This document shows positions 27,507-39,926 of a stretch of DNA of 64,000 nucleotides, in pieces. The notes under the pieces are model-generated. The model did no database searches. It was not told the DNA's origin and was given only the letters and a program-made list of their open reading frames with translations. The first letter of the stretch is position 1; each line of letters starts with the position of its first letter. This stretch comes from a bacterium (GTDB lineage: Bacteria; JADJOY01). Location of the stretch: assembly GCA_046331705.1 (NCBI GenBank), contig JAXLQJ010000013.1, positions 62,001 to 126,000 on the forward strand, read 5' to 3'. Both the position numbers and the translations under genes were made by a program.

Positions 27507-29230
27507 GAGAGCTCGGCCCCGCCGCTGGCGATGGGCTCGGGCGGATCGAGCATCACGCGGTTCTTGCCGTTGGTCTTGGCGAGGCGCAGCGCGATCTCGG
27601 CGCGCGACAGCAGGTCCTCGGGGTCGAGCAAGGCCTCGCCCGACGAGCCCGCGATGCCGATGCTGATCGTCACGCGCACGTCGTGGCTCGCCAGGCCGAA
27701 GCTGGTGCCCTCGATCGAGCGGCGGATCGCCTCCGCGACGGCCTCGCTCTCGGCGCTCACGCGCCGGTTCATCCGGTCCGCGGCCACCAGCGAGTCGTCG
27801 CCGGCGGTGTGCGGGAGGATGAGGCCGAAGAGCTCGCCGCCCAGACGCCCGAGCACGTCGACCTCGCGCGTGCAGCCGCGCACCACCAGCGCGAGGTCGC
27901 GCAGCACGCGATTGCCGATGTCCTCGCCCCAGCGGCGATTGATGTCCGAGAAATCGTCGACGTCGAAGACGGCGACGCTGAGCGGCACCCGGTAGCGCCG
28001 CGCGCGCCGGATCTCGCTCGTCAGCACCTCGAGAAAGTGATCGCGACGCACGAAACCGGTGAGCGGGTCGAGGGTGCGCACCGTGGCCAGCTCGCGCTCG
28101 CGCGCCTCCAGACGACGCAGCAGCCGTCCCAACCGGTGCGCGCGCCTAAGCTGCGTCTCGAGCTCGCGGGCTTCCAGCCGCGCGACGTCCACGACCAGCG
28201 CCCCCAGATGCTCGACGGCAGCCGACGACGAGCTGTCGCCACCCGAGGCGAGCAACACCGCCGGAACCTCGCGCAGCGAGAGCTGGTGGGCGGTCGCGAG
28301 CACGAGGTCGGAAGCGCTCGCCCCCGTCTCGACCTCGAGAACCAGCGCCTCCGCTTGCGTTCGGTCCCACGCACTGGCGAGCGTCTCCCCCTCCGCCGGC
28401 GACGCCAGCGTCAGCCCGACGGCAGCGGCGGCGCCGCGCACACCCTCGGCGAGCGCCGTGCTGCGCACCATCATCAGCACCGCGGGCGACATCGCCGCGT
28501 TGCTCGACGACTGCTCCAGGTCGAGGATGCGACGCGCTCCCAGGTATTCGGTGGTGTCGTACGAGCTGACCCGCGCCAGGCGGGCGACACAGCGGCCGAG
28601 ACGCTCCGCTTGCTCGCGGATGATCTCGAGATCGCGCCGCCCGGGATGATCCGGCTCGAGGCGACGATCGAGCAGCGCCGCGCGCCCGAGAATGCCCGTC
28701 AAGGGTTGGTTCATCTCGTGCGCGGCGGCGCCCGCGAGCTCGATCACCGCCTCGCGCTTGCCGCCCGCCACCAGCCGGTCCTGCATCGCGCGCAGCTCGT
28801 CGCGCAACGCCTTGGTCTTCAGGTGCGCGCGCACCCGGGCATCGAGCTCTTCCGGCTCGAACGGCTTGACGACGCAATCGCTGGCGCCGGCCCGCAGCGC
28901 GTCGATTCGCGGCTGGCTCTCGGTGCGCGAGGTCACCACCAGGATCGCGAGGGAATCGAACGCCGGATGCCGGCGGATCTCGCGGCAGACGCTCAGCCCG
29001 TCGAGGTGGGGCAGGATCAGGTCGAGGAGCACGAGATCCGGTGGGTCCCGATGGATGGCCGCGAGCGCCTCGACGCCGTCGGCGGCGATGCTCAGATCGT
29101 AGTCCGGACCGGCGAACTGACGCCGGTACGCATCCAAGATCAGCGGATCGTCATCCACCGCCAGGATGCGATGGATGACGGGAGCTTTCGGCGCGCCCCC
29201 CCCGCGAGCGCCTTCCGGCGCAGGCATCAC
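27503..29230 (-). CDS. REC-HisKA-(REC-like)-degenerate GGDEF hybrid signalling protein
   Basis: ILAVDDD..LLDLILP..KPF receiver, AHEMNQPL H-box, DPLTG and REVD..RLGGELF. Confidence 0.85.
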   Translation of the reverse strand: MMPAPEGARGGGAPKAPVIHRILAVDDDPLILDAYRRQFAGPDYDLSIAADGVEALAAIHRDPPDLVLLDLILPHLDGLSVCREIRRHPAFDSLAILVVTSRTESQPRIDALRAGASDCVVKPFEPEELDARVRAHLKTKALRDELRAMQDRLVAGGKREAVIELAGAAAHEMNQPLTGILGRAALLDRRLEPDHPGRRDLEIIREQAERLGRCVARLARVSSYDTTEYLGARRILDLEQSSSNAAMSPAVLMMVRSTALAEGVRGAAAAVGLTLASPAEGETLASAWDRTQAEALVLEVETGASASDLVLATAHQLSLREVPAVLLASGGDSSSSAAVEHLGALVVDVARLEARELETQLRRAHRLGRLLRRLEARERELATVRTLDPLTGFVRRDHFLEVLTSEIRRARRYRVPLSVAVFDVDDFSDINRRWGEDIGNRVLRDLALVVRGCTREVDVLGRLGGELFGLILPHTAGDDSLVAADRMNRRVSAESEAVAEAIRRSIEGTSFGLASHDVRVTISIGIAGSSGEALLDPEDLLSRAEIALRLAKTNGKNRVMLDPPEPIASGGAELS

Positions 29231-29234
29231 ACGT

Positions 29235-29522
29235 TCAGAGGCCGAGGCCCTGGACCTCGGGGAGCTCGATGCGGATACCGAAGACGTGCACCGCGATGAG
29301 GTAGATGGCCGCGGCCGCGGCCAGCAGACCCGCCAGCGATGCCAGGCCGAACGCGATGCTGCCGATCACCACCAGGAGCGAACCGAAGGCGACCAGCGCG
29401 GAGCCGCGGCCGTCGAACGGCGGCATCGGCCGAACTAGCGCGCCGAGCCCAGGTTGACCGTCGACGCGATACGGCGTGCCGAACAGTCGCTCGCGCAGAT
29501 CGTCGAGCCAATCGCGGGTCAT
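29235..29522 (-). CDS. Small membrane protein
   Basis: GGAGG RBS, hydrophobic hairpin, abuts the GGDEF gene. Confidence 0.6.
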   Translation of the reverse strand: MTRDWLDDLRERLFGTPYRVDGQPGLGALVRPMPPFDGRGSALVAFGSLLVVIGSIAFGLASLAGLLAAAAAIYLIAVHVFGIRIELPEVQGLGL

Positions 29523-29659
29523 TCGCATCCTCCTGCGGTCGGGGGGATCGAGCGCGCGCCAGCATAACAGGGCAACGCGCTTCGGCGGCACGATTCGGTG
29601 GCCGCCCCGCGGGTGCTCTGGTAGCTTCGGCGCTCGCCGTTTCGAGGCGTAACGCATCC

Positions 29660-31366
29660 ATGGTCGATTTCCTCCGCTGGGCTCTCGCCAACGCTCGCGC
29701 GTCGCTGGTGAACGCGTTCTTGCGTCTCACCCGCGGCGCGCGCCCGTACCGCTACCTCCGGCTCGAGCTCGCCGGCGCGCTCGACGAGGACCCGACGCGC
29801 GCCGGATTCCGTCGCATCCTGCGCGCCCACCACCCCTCCTTGCTGGAGATCGTCGAGCTCCTCGACGACGCCGCGCGCGATCCGCGGCTCGACGGCATCC
29901 TGCTCGGCATCGGCCCGCTCGCGTGTGGCTGGGGGCAGATCGAGAGCCTGAGCGAGGCGCTCGCCGCCGTACGCAAGGCCGGCAAGCAGGTCGTCGCGTT
30001 CCTCGAATCCGCCGACGCGCTCGGCTACGTCCTCGCCGCATCGAGCGCCGATCGCGTGGTGCTCCATCCCACGGGCGCCGTCCACTGGGCGGGTCTACGC
30101 GCGGAGGTGGCGCTCTTCGGTCCGGCGCTCGAGAAGCTCGGCGTGAGCGTCGATCTGCTGCCCGTCGGTCGCTTCAAGAGCGCCGTCGAGCCGTTCACGC
30201 GCTCATCGCTGAGCGACGACGCCCGCGCGGCGCTGGCCTCGCTGGTCGACGATCTCTTCGCGCAGACCTGCGCCGCGATCGCACGCGGCCGGCGCAAGAG
30301 CGAGGCGGAGATCGTGGCGCTCGTGGACCAGGGGCCGTTCCTGGCGCGAGAGGCGCTGGCCGCTGGTCTGGTCGACAGGCTCGCCTTCGAGGACGAGGTG
30401 ATCGCCGAGCTCGCCGGCGGCGACTCCCGCAAGGCGCTGCGCACGCTGGTGGGACCGCGGCGCTACTACTTCCTGCGACGACGCCGGCTCCGACCGCTGC
30501 GCGAAGGCGCGCCCGTGCGGGTGGCATGGGTGCCGGTGGTGGGAGCGATCCATTCCGGCGAGTCCGGTGGGCTGAGCACCGGCACCGGCGCCAGCTCGCG
30601 CGCGCTGGTCGCGGCGCTCAGGCGCGCGCGGCACGACGATTCGGTGCGGGCGATCCTGCTCCGCATCGACAGCCCGGGAGGCTCGGCGCTCGCGTCCGAC
30701 GTGATCTGGCGGGCGGTGGCACGCGCCAAGGAGAAGAAGCCGGTGGTGGTCTCGATGGGCGACTACGCCGCCTCGGGCGGTTACTACGTCGCCGTGGCCG
30801 GCACCACGATCGTCGCCGCGGCGAGCACGCTCACCGGCTCGATCGGCGTGTTCGGGGGCAAGCTCTCGCTGGGCGGGCTCTACCGACGGATCGGCGTGCA
30901 CAAGGACGGCTACGGCCGCGGCGCTCACGTCGCGCTGCACTCCGAGGCCCGCGCGTTCACGCGCGCCGAGCGCCGCAAGGTGCGCGGACAGCTCGAGGAC
31001 ACGTATCGCGTGTTCCTCGAACGGGTGGCCGCGGGACGGGGCACCGCGATCGAAGCGGTGGCACCGCACGCGGAGGGTCGGGTGTGGACCGGCCGGCAGG
31101 CGCTCGAGCGGGGGCTCGTCGACGCCACTGGCGGGCTCGGCACGGCGCTCGAGACCCTCCGCCGCCAGCTCGAGGTTCCTTCCGACCACCCGCTCGAGAT
31201 GGTGTCGTTGCACCGGCCGCACGGGCTCTTGCCGTGGCTCGCGGAGCGCCTCACCGAAGCACGCGCTCGCTCGTGGTCCATGGTCGACGCCTGGATGGCG
31301 ATCGTACGGCTCACGCACCCCGCCGAGCCGCTGGCGATCTTGCCGGTGGATCCGTCGCCGCGCTGA
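29660..31366 (+). CDS. sppA: Signal peptide peptidase SppA (two-domain, S49)
   Basis: GRFKSAVEPF, LRIDSPGGS, KPVVVSMG..AASGGY, TGSIGV and GRVWTG motifs. Confidence 0.92.
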   Translation: MVDFLRWALANARASLVNAFLRLTRGARPYRYLRLELAGALDEDPTRAGFRRILRAHHPSLLEIVELLDDAARDPRLDGILLGIGPLACGWGQIESLSEALAAVRKAGKQVVAFLESADALGYVLAASSADRVVLHPTGAVHWAGLRAEVALFGPALEKLGVSVDLLPVGRFKSAVEPFTRSSLSDDARAALASLVDDLFAQTCAAIARGRRKSEAEIVALVDQGPFLAREALAAGLVDRLAFEDEVIAELAGGDSRKALRTLVGPRRYYFLRRRRLRPLREGAPVRVAWVPVVGAIHSGESGGLSTGTGASSRALVAALRRARHDDSVRAILLRIDSPGGSALASDVIWRAVARAKEKKPVVVSMGDYAASGGYYVAVAGTTIVAAASTLTGSIGVFGGKLSLGGLYRRIGVHKDGYGRGAHVALHSEARAFTRAERRKVRGQLEDTYRVFLERVAAGRGTAIEAVAPHAEGRVWTGRQALERGLVDATGGLGTALETLRRQLEVPSDHPLEMVSLHRPHGLLPWLAERLTEARARSWSMVDAWMAIVRLTHPAEPLAILPVDPSPR

Positions 31367-31383
31367 GCGCGCGGCGGGCGTGC

Positions 31384-32247
31384 TCAGCAGTCGTCTCCCG
31401 CGACGGTCGCGCGCTCGTCGGTGGTGCCGAAGCGGCCACGGCCGTCGCGCGCGAGGCGCGCCAGCGCGACCTCTGGATCGTGGGTGAAGAAGAGCCTGCC
31501 GCCGCGCTCGACCAGGTCGGCGAAGAGCGTGAGCTTCTCGTCCACGGCGCGCTCCGGGAAGCGGTCGTAGCCCATGGTGATCGCCGCGTGCACCCACGGT
31601 CGTCCGGGAGCGAGATCGGCGACGAAGACGAGCGGTCCCTCGCCGGTGGCGAGCTCGGCGAGCGCGAGCCCGGGCGTGTGACCTTCCGAGAAGTGGAACG
31701 AGTAGCGGGGGCCGAGAACCGTCGAGCGATCCTCGCGCAAGAGCTCCAGGCGACCGGTCGCGGCGAGCAGCGGCTGCAGCTCGGGGATGAACGACGCGCG
31801 ATCGCGTGGGTGCGGCGCTTCGGCGCGCCGGAACGCGGCCTCGCTCGTCACGTAGCGCGCCTTCGGGAAGACCAGTCGCGGCGGCCGATCCTGCTCCCAC
31901 GCGGCGAGCAAGCCGCCAGCGTGATCGAAGTGCAGGTGCGAGAGCACCACCACGTCGACGTCCTCGGGAGCCGCGCCCACCGCGCGCAAGCTCGCGAGCA
32001 GCCGATGCTCGCCGCCGACGACGCCGAACCGGTCGCGGAGCCGCGGCTCGAAGAACGCGCCCACTCCCGTCTCGAAGAGGATCGTGCGGTGCTCCTCGGC
32101 CACCAAGAGACCACGGCATGCCAGCGGCACGCGGTGGCGCTCGTCGGGCGGCGACCAGGACTGCCAGAGCTCCCGCGGCGCGTTGCCGAACATGGCGCCG
32201 CCGTCGAGGCGCTGCGCATTCCCTTCGATCGAGAACAGACGACGCAT
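31384..32247 (-). CDS. MBL-fold metallo-hydrolase (YtnP-like)
   Basis: [27 protein letters not shown] and HDP motifs. Confidence 0.9.
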   Translation of the reverse strand: MRRLFSIEGNAQRLDGGAMFGNAPRELWQSWSPPDERHRVPLACRGLLVAEEHRTILFETGVGAFFEPRLRDRFGVVGGEHRLLASLRAVGAAPEDVDVVVLSHLHFDHAGGLLAAWEQDRPPRLVFPKARYVTSEAAFRRAEAPHPRDRASFIPELQPLLAATGRLELLREDRSTVLGPRYSFHFSEGHTPGLALAELATGEGPLVFVADLAPGRPWVHAAITMGYDRFPERAVDEKLTLFADLVERGGRLFFTHDPEVALARLARDGRGRFGTTDERATVAGDDC

Positions 32248-32293
32248 GGGAGCAGTCTACGAGATGCGTTCCACGGCCGGCCGAGCGACGCCG

Positions 32294-33274
32294 TCAGAGC
32301 CAGCCGTCGGCACGATAGTCGGCGAGCGTGCGCCGCAGTCCCGTTTCCAGGTCCACCGCAGGCTCGAACCCGAGCAGCCGCCGCGCCTTGTCGATCGAGT
32401 ACGCCCGTTCCTTGGTGAAGAACGCGACCCGCTCGGGATAGAGCGGCGGTCGCACGCCGAATGGCCGCGCCAGCCGCTCCATCCAGCGCGCCGCCAGCGC
32501 CACCGGCGCCAGCGGAAGGCGCAACCGCGGTGGGCGCGTGCCCGCGATCCGCGCGATCGCGGTGATCAGCGCCGAGAGCGCCACGGGCTCGGGGCCGGCG
32601 ACGATGAAATCCTCGCCGGCGGCGCTGGCGCTCACGAGCGCCAGCTCCACCGCCCGCGCCACGTCCTCGACGTGAACCAGGTGATAGCGGCAGGTGCACG
32701 GGCCGACCAACACGAAGCGACCGCTCGCGATGCCGCGGAAGAGCTTGAGCAGACGCCGATCGAAGCGACCGTAGACGCCCGCGGGTCGCAGCACCACCAG
32801 CTCGACGCCGTGCTCTCGGGCGGCGGCGCGCGCCTCCTCTTCGCCCTGCCACTTGCTCCGCTCGTAGGCGTCCTCGGGCCGGGCTGGGCACGTCTCGTCG
32901 GCAGCGCGCGCACCGGTGTCGCCGTACACGCCGACGCTGCTCAGGTGGACGAATCGCCGCACCCCCGCCGCTGCCGCGGCCTCGATCAGCCGCCGCGTGG
33001 CCGTGACGTGGACGGCGTGATAGCGCTCGGCGGCGACGCCGCCCTCGCCCACGACCGCCGCCATGTGCACCACGTGCGTCGCGCCGGCGACGAAGGGCGC
33101 GAGCTGCTCGGGGCGCGTGACGTCGCCCGCGAAGATGCGGACGACCTCGGCCAGCTCGGGGGGCACCCGCGTCCGATCCCGCGCCAGCAGCCGCACCCCG
33201 TGCCCACGCTCGACCAGCCAACGGGCGGTGTGCCTGCCCACGAAGCCCGTTCCCCCGGTCAGGGCGATCTCCAC
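32294..33274 (-). CDS. NAD-dependent epimerase/dehydratase
   Basis: TGGTGFVG, HLSS, YERSK and LRPAGVYG motifs. Confidence 0.9.
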   Translation of the reverse strand: MEIALTGGTGFVGRHTARWLVERGHGVRLLARDRTRVPPELAEVVRIFAGDVTRPEQLAPFVAGATHVVHMAAVVGEGGVAAERYHAVHVTATRRLIEAAAAAGVRRFVHLSSVGVYGDTGARAADETCPARPEDAYERSKWQGEEEARAAAREHGVELVVLRPAGVYGRFDRRLLKLFRGIASGRFVLVGPCTCRYHLVHVEDVARAVELALVSASAAGEDFIVAGPEPVALSALITAIARIAGTRPPRLRLPLAPVALAARWMERLARPFGVRPPLYPERVAFFTKERAYSIDKARRLLGFEPAVDLETGLRRTLADYRADGWL

Positions 33275-33293
33275 GCTGAGTCCCTTCCCGCCG

Positions 33294-35111
33294 TCACTCG
33301 GCGAATGCGATCTGGACGCCGATCCAGTAGCGCCCGCGGCCGAGCCCGAAGTACGCGGGCTGGAACGCGTGCGTGGAGCGCGCCTCGAGCACCCAGGCCC
33401 ATCCATCACGCCCTCCGAGGCGCGCCGGAAAGCCGTTCCCCACGCCCTCGAGCCTGACCTCCTGGGTGCGGTTGGGCAGCATGCGCAGGTGGCTGCGCGC
33501 GGCGCCGAGGGCGAGGTGAACGCGCGTCCGGCGTGGTCCGGATCGCAGCACCAGCCGATCGGGAGGCTCGGCGCGATCACTCCACACCAGCACCTCGACC
33601 CGATCCTCGCGCGGCGTCCAGAAGCACGCCGACGCGAGCGGAATCTGCGGGCTCACCCCCTCACAGGTGCTCGACACCACGTCGATGTTCTCGCGCACGT
33701 CCACCAGCGCCAGCCGTTCGCTGCGCGTGGCGATGGGGCGCCCGGTGGGCCAGGCGCCAGCCCGGCTGGTATCGAGCGGCAACCACGAGTAGGGCAGCGC
33801 GCGCGCGTGAAGCGCGGGCTCGCGCACGGCGCCGAGGGGGTTGCTGAGCGGCTCGCCGAGCAGCACGCCCGCCAACGTCCACACGAGGATCAGCCACCGT
33901 CCACCGAGCACGCCGGTGCCGGCGACGATCGCGAGCGGATAGAGCGCCGCGGCGAGCCGTACGCCCGGCCCGTCGCTCCAACCTGCGAAGCGCGCGGGCG
34001 ACGCGAGCGCCAGGCTCACCACCGCCACGAGCGGCAGCGCCAGGGTCGCGAACCGCCACGGCCTGCGCCGGCGGATCGCCACGGCGAGCCACGCGATCGG
34101 GATGCACGGATACCACCAGGCGAGCCCGGAGAAGCGGCCCAACAGCACGTCCCGGACCGCGTAGCCACGCATCGCCAGCGGCACCGCCGCGGGGGGCGCC
34201 GGCGCCTCGGCGGCCCGGCCGAGCTCGTCGACGCGCTCGCCGCTCTCGCCGGGCAACGCTCCCGCGAACACCCGCACCTGCTGAGGGACACGGCTGGGAT
34301 CGACCGCGCGCACCCGGGCGAAGGGAGCGAGATGAAGCGCCAGCGCCACCACCAGCGTGACCAGGCTGGTGGCAGCGGCGACCGCCCACACCAGGCGCCG
34401 ACGGCTCGCGCCGATCGTCCGAGGAAGCGCCGCGAACGGAACCAGGCAGAGCACCCATCCCGGCGACGAGAGCTCCCAGAGCGCCAGGCCGAGCAGCGCG
34501 CCTCCCGCCCCCATCCGCGCGACGCGCGCCGGGACCGCCGCGCGGGTGGTCCATTCGTCCTCGATCTCGCGCTCCGGATGGGGCGCGATCAAGGCCGCTC
34601 CCGCGAGCACCAGCGCCGCGTGGAAGGCCTCGGGCGTGTAGCGAAAGAGCCACACGGGCAGCGCCGAGGCCGCCAGCGCGCTCACGATCCACGTCGCTCC
34701 ACGGGCGCGCTGGCCGCCCAATCGGGCCCACGCGAGGAGCGCCGCCGCCGTGAGGGCGAGCGCGTGGAAGAACGGGAAGGCACGCGCGCCGAGCCAGGGG
34801 ATCACGTTCGAGAGCAGCCATGGCTCGATGCCGCGCGCGACGTAACGCAGCTCGCCGCCGCGCGTGCGTGCGAGCGGGACCTCCGTCGGTACGACACCGA
34901 AGACGGCGGTGGCGTCCTCCAAGTCCGCGCGGTCGTAACGCAGGTCCCGATCGCTCGCCAGGCTGACCGCCGCGAGCACCTGGCTCGCCTCGCCGTCGAG
35001 CGGCGCGCCGCGCCGCATCCGCGCCGGGTCCACGGAGGCCGTGGCGCCGAGCACGAAGAGCGCCGTCCCCACCAGGATCCAGAGCCCTGGGCGGCCGCGC
35101 CACGCCGTCAC
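33294..35111 (-). CDS. Polytopic membrane protein (GT-C-like) with a C-terminal soluble domain
   Basis: First TM followed by DGE..SLASDRDL; multiple TMs; GRFSGLAWWYP; translationally coupled to the GT4 upstream. Confidence 0.55.
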   Translation of the reverse strand: MTAWRGRPGLWILVGTALFVLGATASVDPARMRRGAPLDGEASQVLAAVSLASDRDLRYDRADLEDATAVFGVVPTEVPLARTRGGELRYVARGIEPWLLSNVIPWLGARAFPFFHALALTAAALLAWARLGGQRARGATWIVSALAASALPVWLFRYTPEAFHAALVLAGAALIAPHPEREIEDEWTTRAAVPARVARMGAGGALLGLALWELSSPGWVLCLVPFAALPRTIGASRRRLVWAVAAATSLVTLVVALALHLAPFARVRAVDPSRVPQQVRVFAGALPGESGERVDELGRAAEAPAPPAAVPLAMRGYAVRDVLLGRFSGLAWWYPCIPIAWLAVAIRRRRPWRFATLALPLVAVVSLALASPARFAGWSDGPGVRLAAALYPLAIVAGTGVLGGRWLILVWTLAGVLLGEPLSNPLGAVREPALHARALPYSWLPLDTSRAGAWPTGRPIATRSERLALVDVRENIDVVSSTCEGVSPQIPLASACFWTPREDRVEVLVWSDRAEPPDRLVLRSGPRRTRVHLALGAARSHLRMLPNRTQEVRLEGVGNGFPARLGGRDGWAWVLEARSTHAFQPAYFGLGRGRYWIGVQIAFAE

Positions 35112-36280
35112 GCTCGCACCCCGTCGATCACGCCGCGATACGCATCCAGGATCGCCTCCCACGTCGGCAGCCGCGCCGTGCTCGCTCGCCCGCTCGCGCC
35201 GAGCGTCGCGCGCCGCTCGGGCGAGCGCATGAGCCCACCGAGGACCGCGGCGAACGAGGACCAGTCGTCGAACGTCACGCCCGCGCCCATTCGCGCGCAT
35301 TGCCCCGCCAGCACCGCGGACGCACCGTAGGCGAGAACCGGAGTGCCCAGCGCCGCGCTCTCGAGAAATGCGAGGGAGAGGCTCTCGTAGGGCGATGCGA
35401 CGACGCTCACGTCCGCCGCCGCGAGCCCGCTCCACTTGTCGGAGTCGGAGACCCAACCGAGACAGCGAATCGCCGGATGCGAAGGCATGGGCGTGCGCAC
35501 CACGCCCAGAAACACCAGCGTCCCGTCGCCGCCGCGGGCACGATAGTCGAGAAACGCCTCGGCGAGACGAGTGGCGCCCTTGACCCGATCCACCCGACCG
35601 ACACAGATGACCAGCGGCCCCGCGAGCCCGAACTTGCGGCGGAACGCCTCGGGATCGACGCTCGCGGGCGGCTCGAGGGATACCCCCGCGACCGTCTCCG
35701 CGCGCGGCGCGATCACGAAGCGCCGGTGCACCAAGTCGCGCTCCTCGGGAGTCTGGAACACGAATCCGCGCGCGCTGCGGAAGACCTCGTCGAAGATCCG
35801 GAAATGCAATGGCGGCTCGTCGTGCGCGGTCGGCACCAGCACCGCCCGCTCGGCCACCAGGGGCACACCGAAGAACGTGGGGAAGTAGAGATAGGTGAAG
35901 AAGAGGATCGCATCGAACGAGCGGCCCTCCCGCGCGAGCGCCTCGACGAGGCCGACGACCCGCGGCCCCTGACGATTCATCCACTCGATCTCGAGCTCGC
36001 GGGTGTGCGGTCCGGCGATCAGGCGCCGGGTCATGCGTCCGAACCAACGAATGCGGCGGGGTCGGTCCACCGGGAAACGACGCACGCGCACCGCGCCGTC
36101 CTGCGCGACGCCGTCGGGCAGCTCGTTGGCCCACGAGAGATAGTCGCGCGCGCACGAGGTCCAGACCTCGACCTCGTCCGAGACCGCGAGGCCGTGGGCG
36201 ACCCGCCGCGCCAGCGCCTCGGACCCGCCATCCACCTCGGCGCCGTAGCGATGCACGACGATCGCCAGCTTACGGGCCAT
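35108..36280 (-). CDS. GT4 glycosyltransferase
   Basis: RYGAEVDGGSE, TSCARDY.SWAN, PTAHDE, VGRVD..KG and YESLSLAFLE motifs. Confidence 0.9.
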   Translation of the reverse strand: MARKLAIVVHRYGAEVDGGSEALARRVAHGLAVSDEVEVWTSCARDYLSWANELPDGVAQDGAVRVRRFPVDRPRRIRWFGRMTRRLIAGPHTRELEIEWMNRQGPRVVGLVEALAREGRSFDAILFFTYLYFPTFFGVPLVAERAVLVPTAHDEPPLHFRIFDEVFRSARGFVFQTPEERDLVHRRFVIAPRAETVAGVSLEPPASVDPEAFRRKFGLAGPLVICVGRVDRVKGATRLAEAFLDYRARGGDGTLVFLGVVRTPMPSHPAIRCLGWVSDSDKWSGLAAADVSVVASPYESLSLAFLESAALGTPVLAYGASAVLAGQCARMGAGVTFDDWSSFAAVLGGLMRSPERRATLGASGRASTARLPTWEAILDAYRGVIDGVRA

Positions 36281-36455
36281 GGGATCGGATCTCGCGGGGG
36301 CTCGAGCGCGCGCCCTGGGTTGCCGCGCTCGCACGAGCGACGGATCGGCGCGCCGATCGACGTCGGAGAATGGCCGAAGCGCGGCCCGCGGGGGAAGCGC
36401 GCGGCAAGCGCCGGGCGACCCCGGCGAGCTCGCGCGAGCCGTCGGGTGCGCGGGT

Positions 36456-38630
<2,175 letters not shown>

Positions 38631-38863
38631 CGGATCGACCTCGAGCGTGGTCAGGGCACGACCTCCGAGTATGACACGCCGGGCGCGCCGCAGGCCCATC
38701 GCCCCCCGTGCCGTGGCGCCGAGGGACGCGCATCGAACCCGTCGGCCTCCGGCGTGCGACGGCCATCGCCGCAGTCGAGCCTCGAGCGTAGGCCGCGAAC
38801 GTGACGCCGCGGCGGCGCGCGGGTGACGAGTTCGACGCGCCGCCGAGCGGCACACCGCCGAGG

Positions 38864-39763
38864 TCAGGGGAGGGTCAGGTGCTCGCGCAGCAGCTCGGCG
38901 AGCCGGAACCCCGCCTGCTCGAGGCGCTGCTCCACGTCGTCCTGGAACTCCACCTGATAGGCATCCGTGAGGGTTCTCTCACCCGAGATGCGCCCGCAGG
39001 CGAGGCCGCTCGCCGTGCTTCGCCATGCGCAGTACCGCGTCTTTCTCCACGTGGTGCGCTCGTACGACTCCTCGGCCCAGTCGAGCGGCGTGCGGCCGGA
39101 CCACGCCGCCTTCGCGGCCGGCGTGATCTCGTCCGCCAGGCGGTCGGCGTAGATGCGCCAGCCGTCGCTGCCGATCGCCTGGCGAACGATGCCGCTGTCC
39201 CACACTCCGTGGAGGTCGCCCGATTCGTAGGGACCGCCGCTCGCCACGGTGATGCGGTTGCCGCCGCGATCGTCGGCGAAGCTCACGTGCAGCGGCTGAT
39301 GGATGTCGCCCACCCAATGCCCCAGGAAGAAGAGCGCTTCGGCTCGCTCGGGCTCGGAGAAAGCGCTCGTCAGGAGCTCGGCGTGACGCGCGATCCCGGT
39401 CAGCACGCAATCGTCGTGGCAATCGTCCTGCGTCACGCGATCGGCGTCCCGGGCCACGTTGACGAAATGCCAGTTCGCGAACGGCGCGAAGCGCTCCCAG
39501 CCGGCCACGCCGTCGCGCGCCTTGGCGCGCGCGGTATCGGCGAAGTTGCACCCATCGGTGAAGTACGGGAAGCCGCCCCCCGCTGGATCGCGATAGAGCG
39601 CGGTCAGGCGAACCACCTCGGCGCGATGGGCCTCGTCGAGGAGCCGATAGGCGATTCGGCACACGATCCGATGACCGTCCGGTCCCCAGGCGCGCGCGTC
39701 CTCGGCCATGCCCAGCGCCAGCCCGATGGCCAGTGAGACGAACCCCACTCGAGCGCTCCTCAT
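38864..39763 (-). CDS. Secreted S1/P1 nuclease
   Basis: Signal peptide ending [28 protein letters not shown] and LHGVWDS motifs. Confidence 0.93.
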   Translation of the reverse strand: MRSARVGFVSLAIGLALGMAEDARAWGPDGHRIVCRIAYRLLDEAHRAEVVRLTALYRDPAGGGFPYFTDGCNFADTARAKARDGVAGWERFAPFANWHFVNVARDADRVTQDDCHDDCVLTGIARHAELLTSAFSEPERAEALFFLGHWVGDIHQPLHVSFADDRGGNRITVASGGPYESGDLHGVWDSGIVRQAIGSDGWRIYADRLADEITPAAKAAWSGRTPLDWAEESYERTTWRKTRYCAWRSTASGLACGRISGERTLTDAYQVEFQDDVEQRLEQAGFRLAELLREHLTLP

Positions 39764-39926
39764 CGCGATCCCCTCTCCCGTTCGCCCCGTCCTCGCGACG
39801 CGGCTCGACGACGCTCGCGGCCCATCGTCCGCTCACGCATCGGCGCGACGCGACCCACGCCCATGAGCGCTCTTGGTTGGCATTCCGCCCCCTCTTCCCC
39901 GACTCGGTCGCGATCCGACGAGGCGC

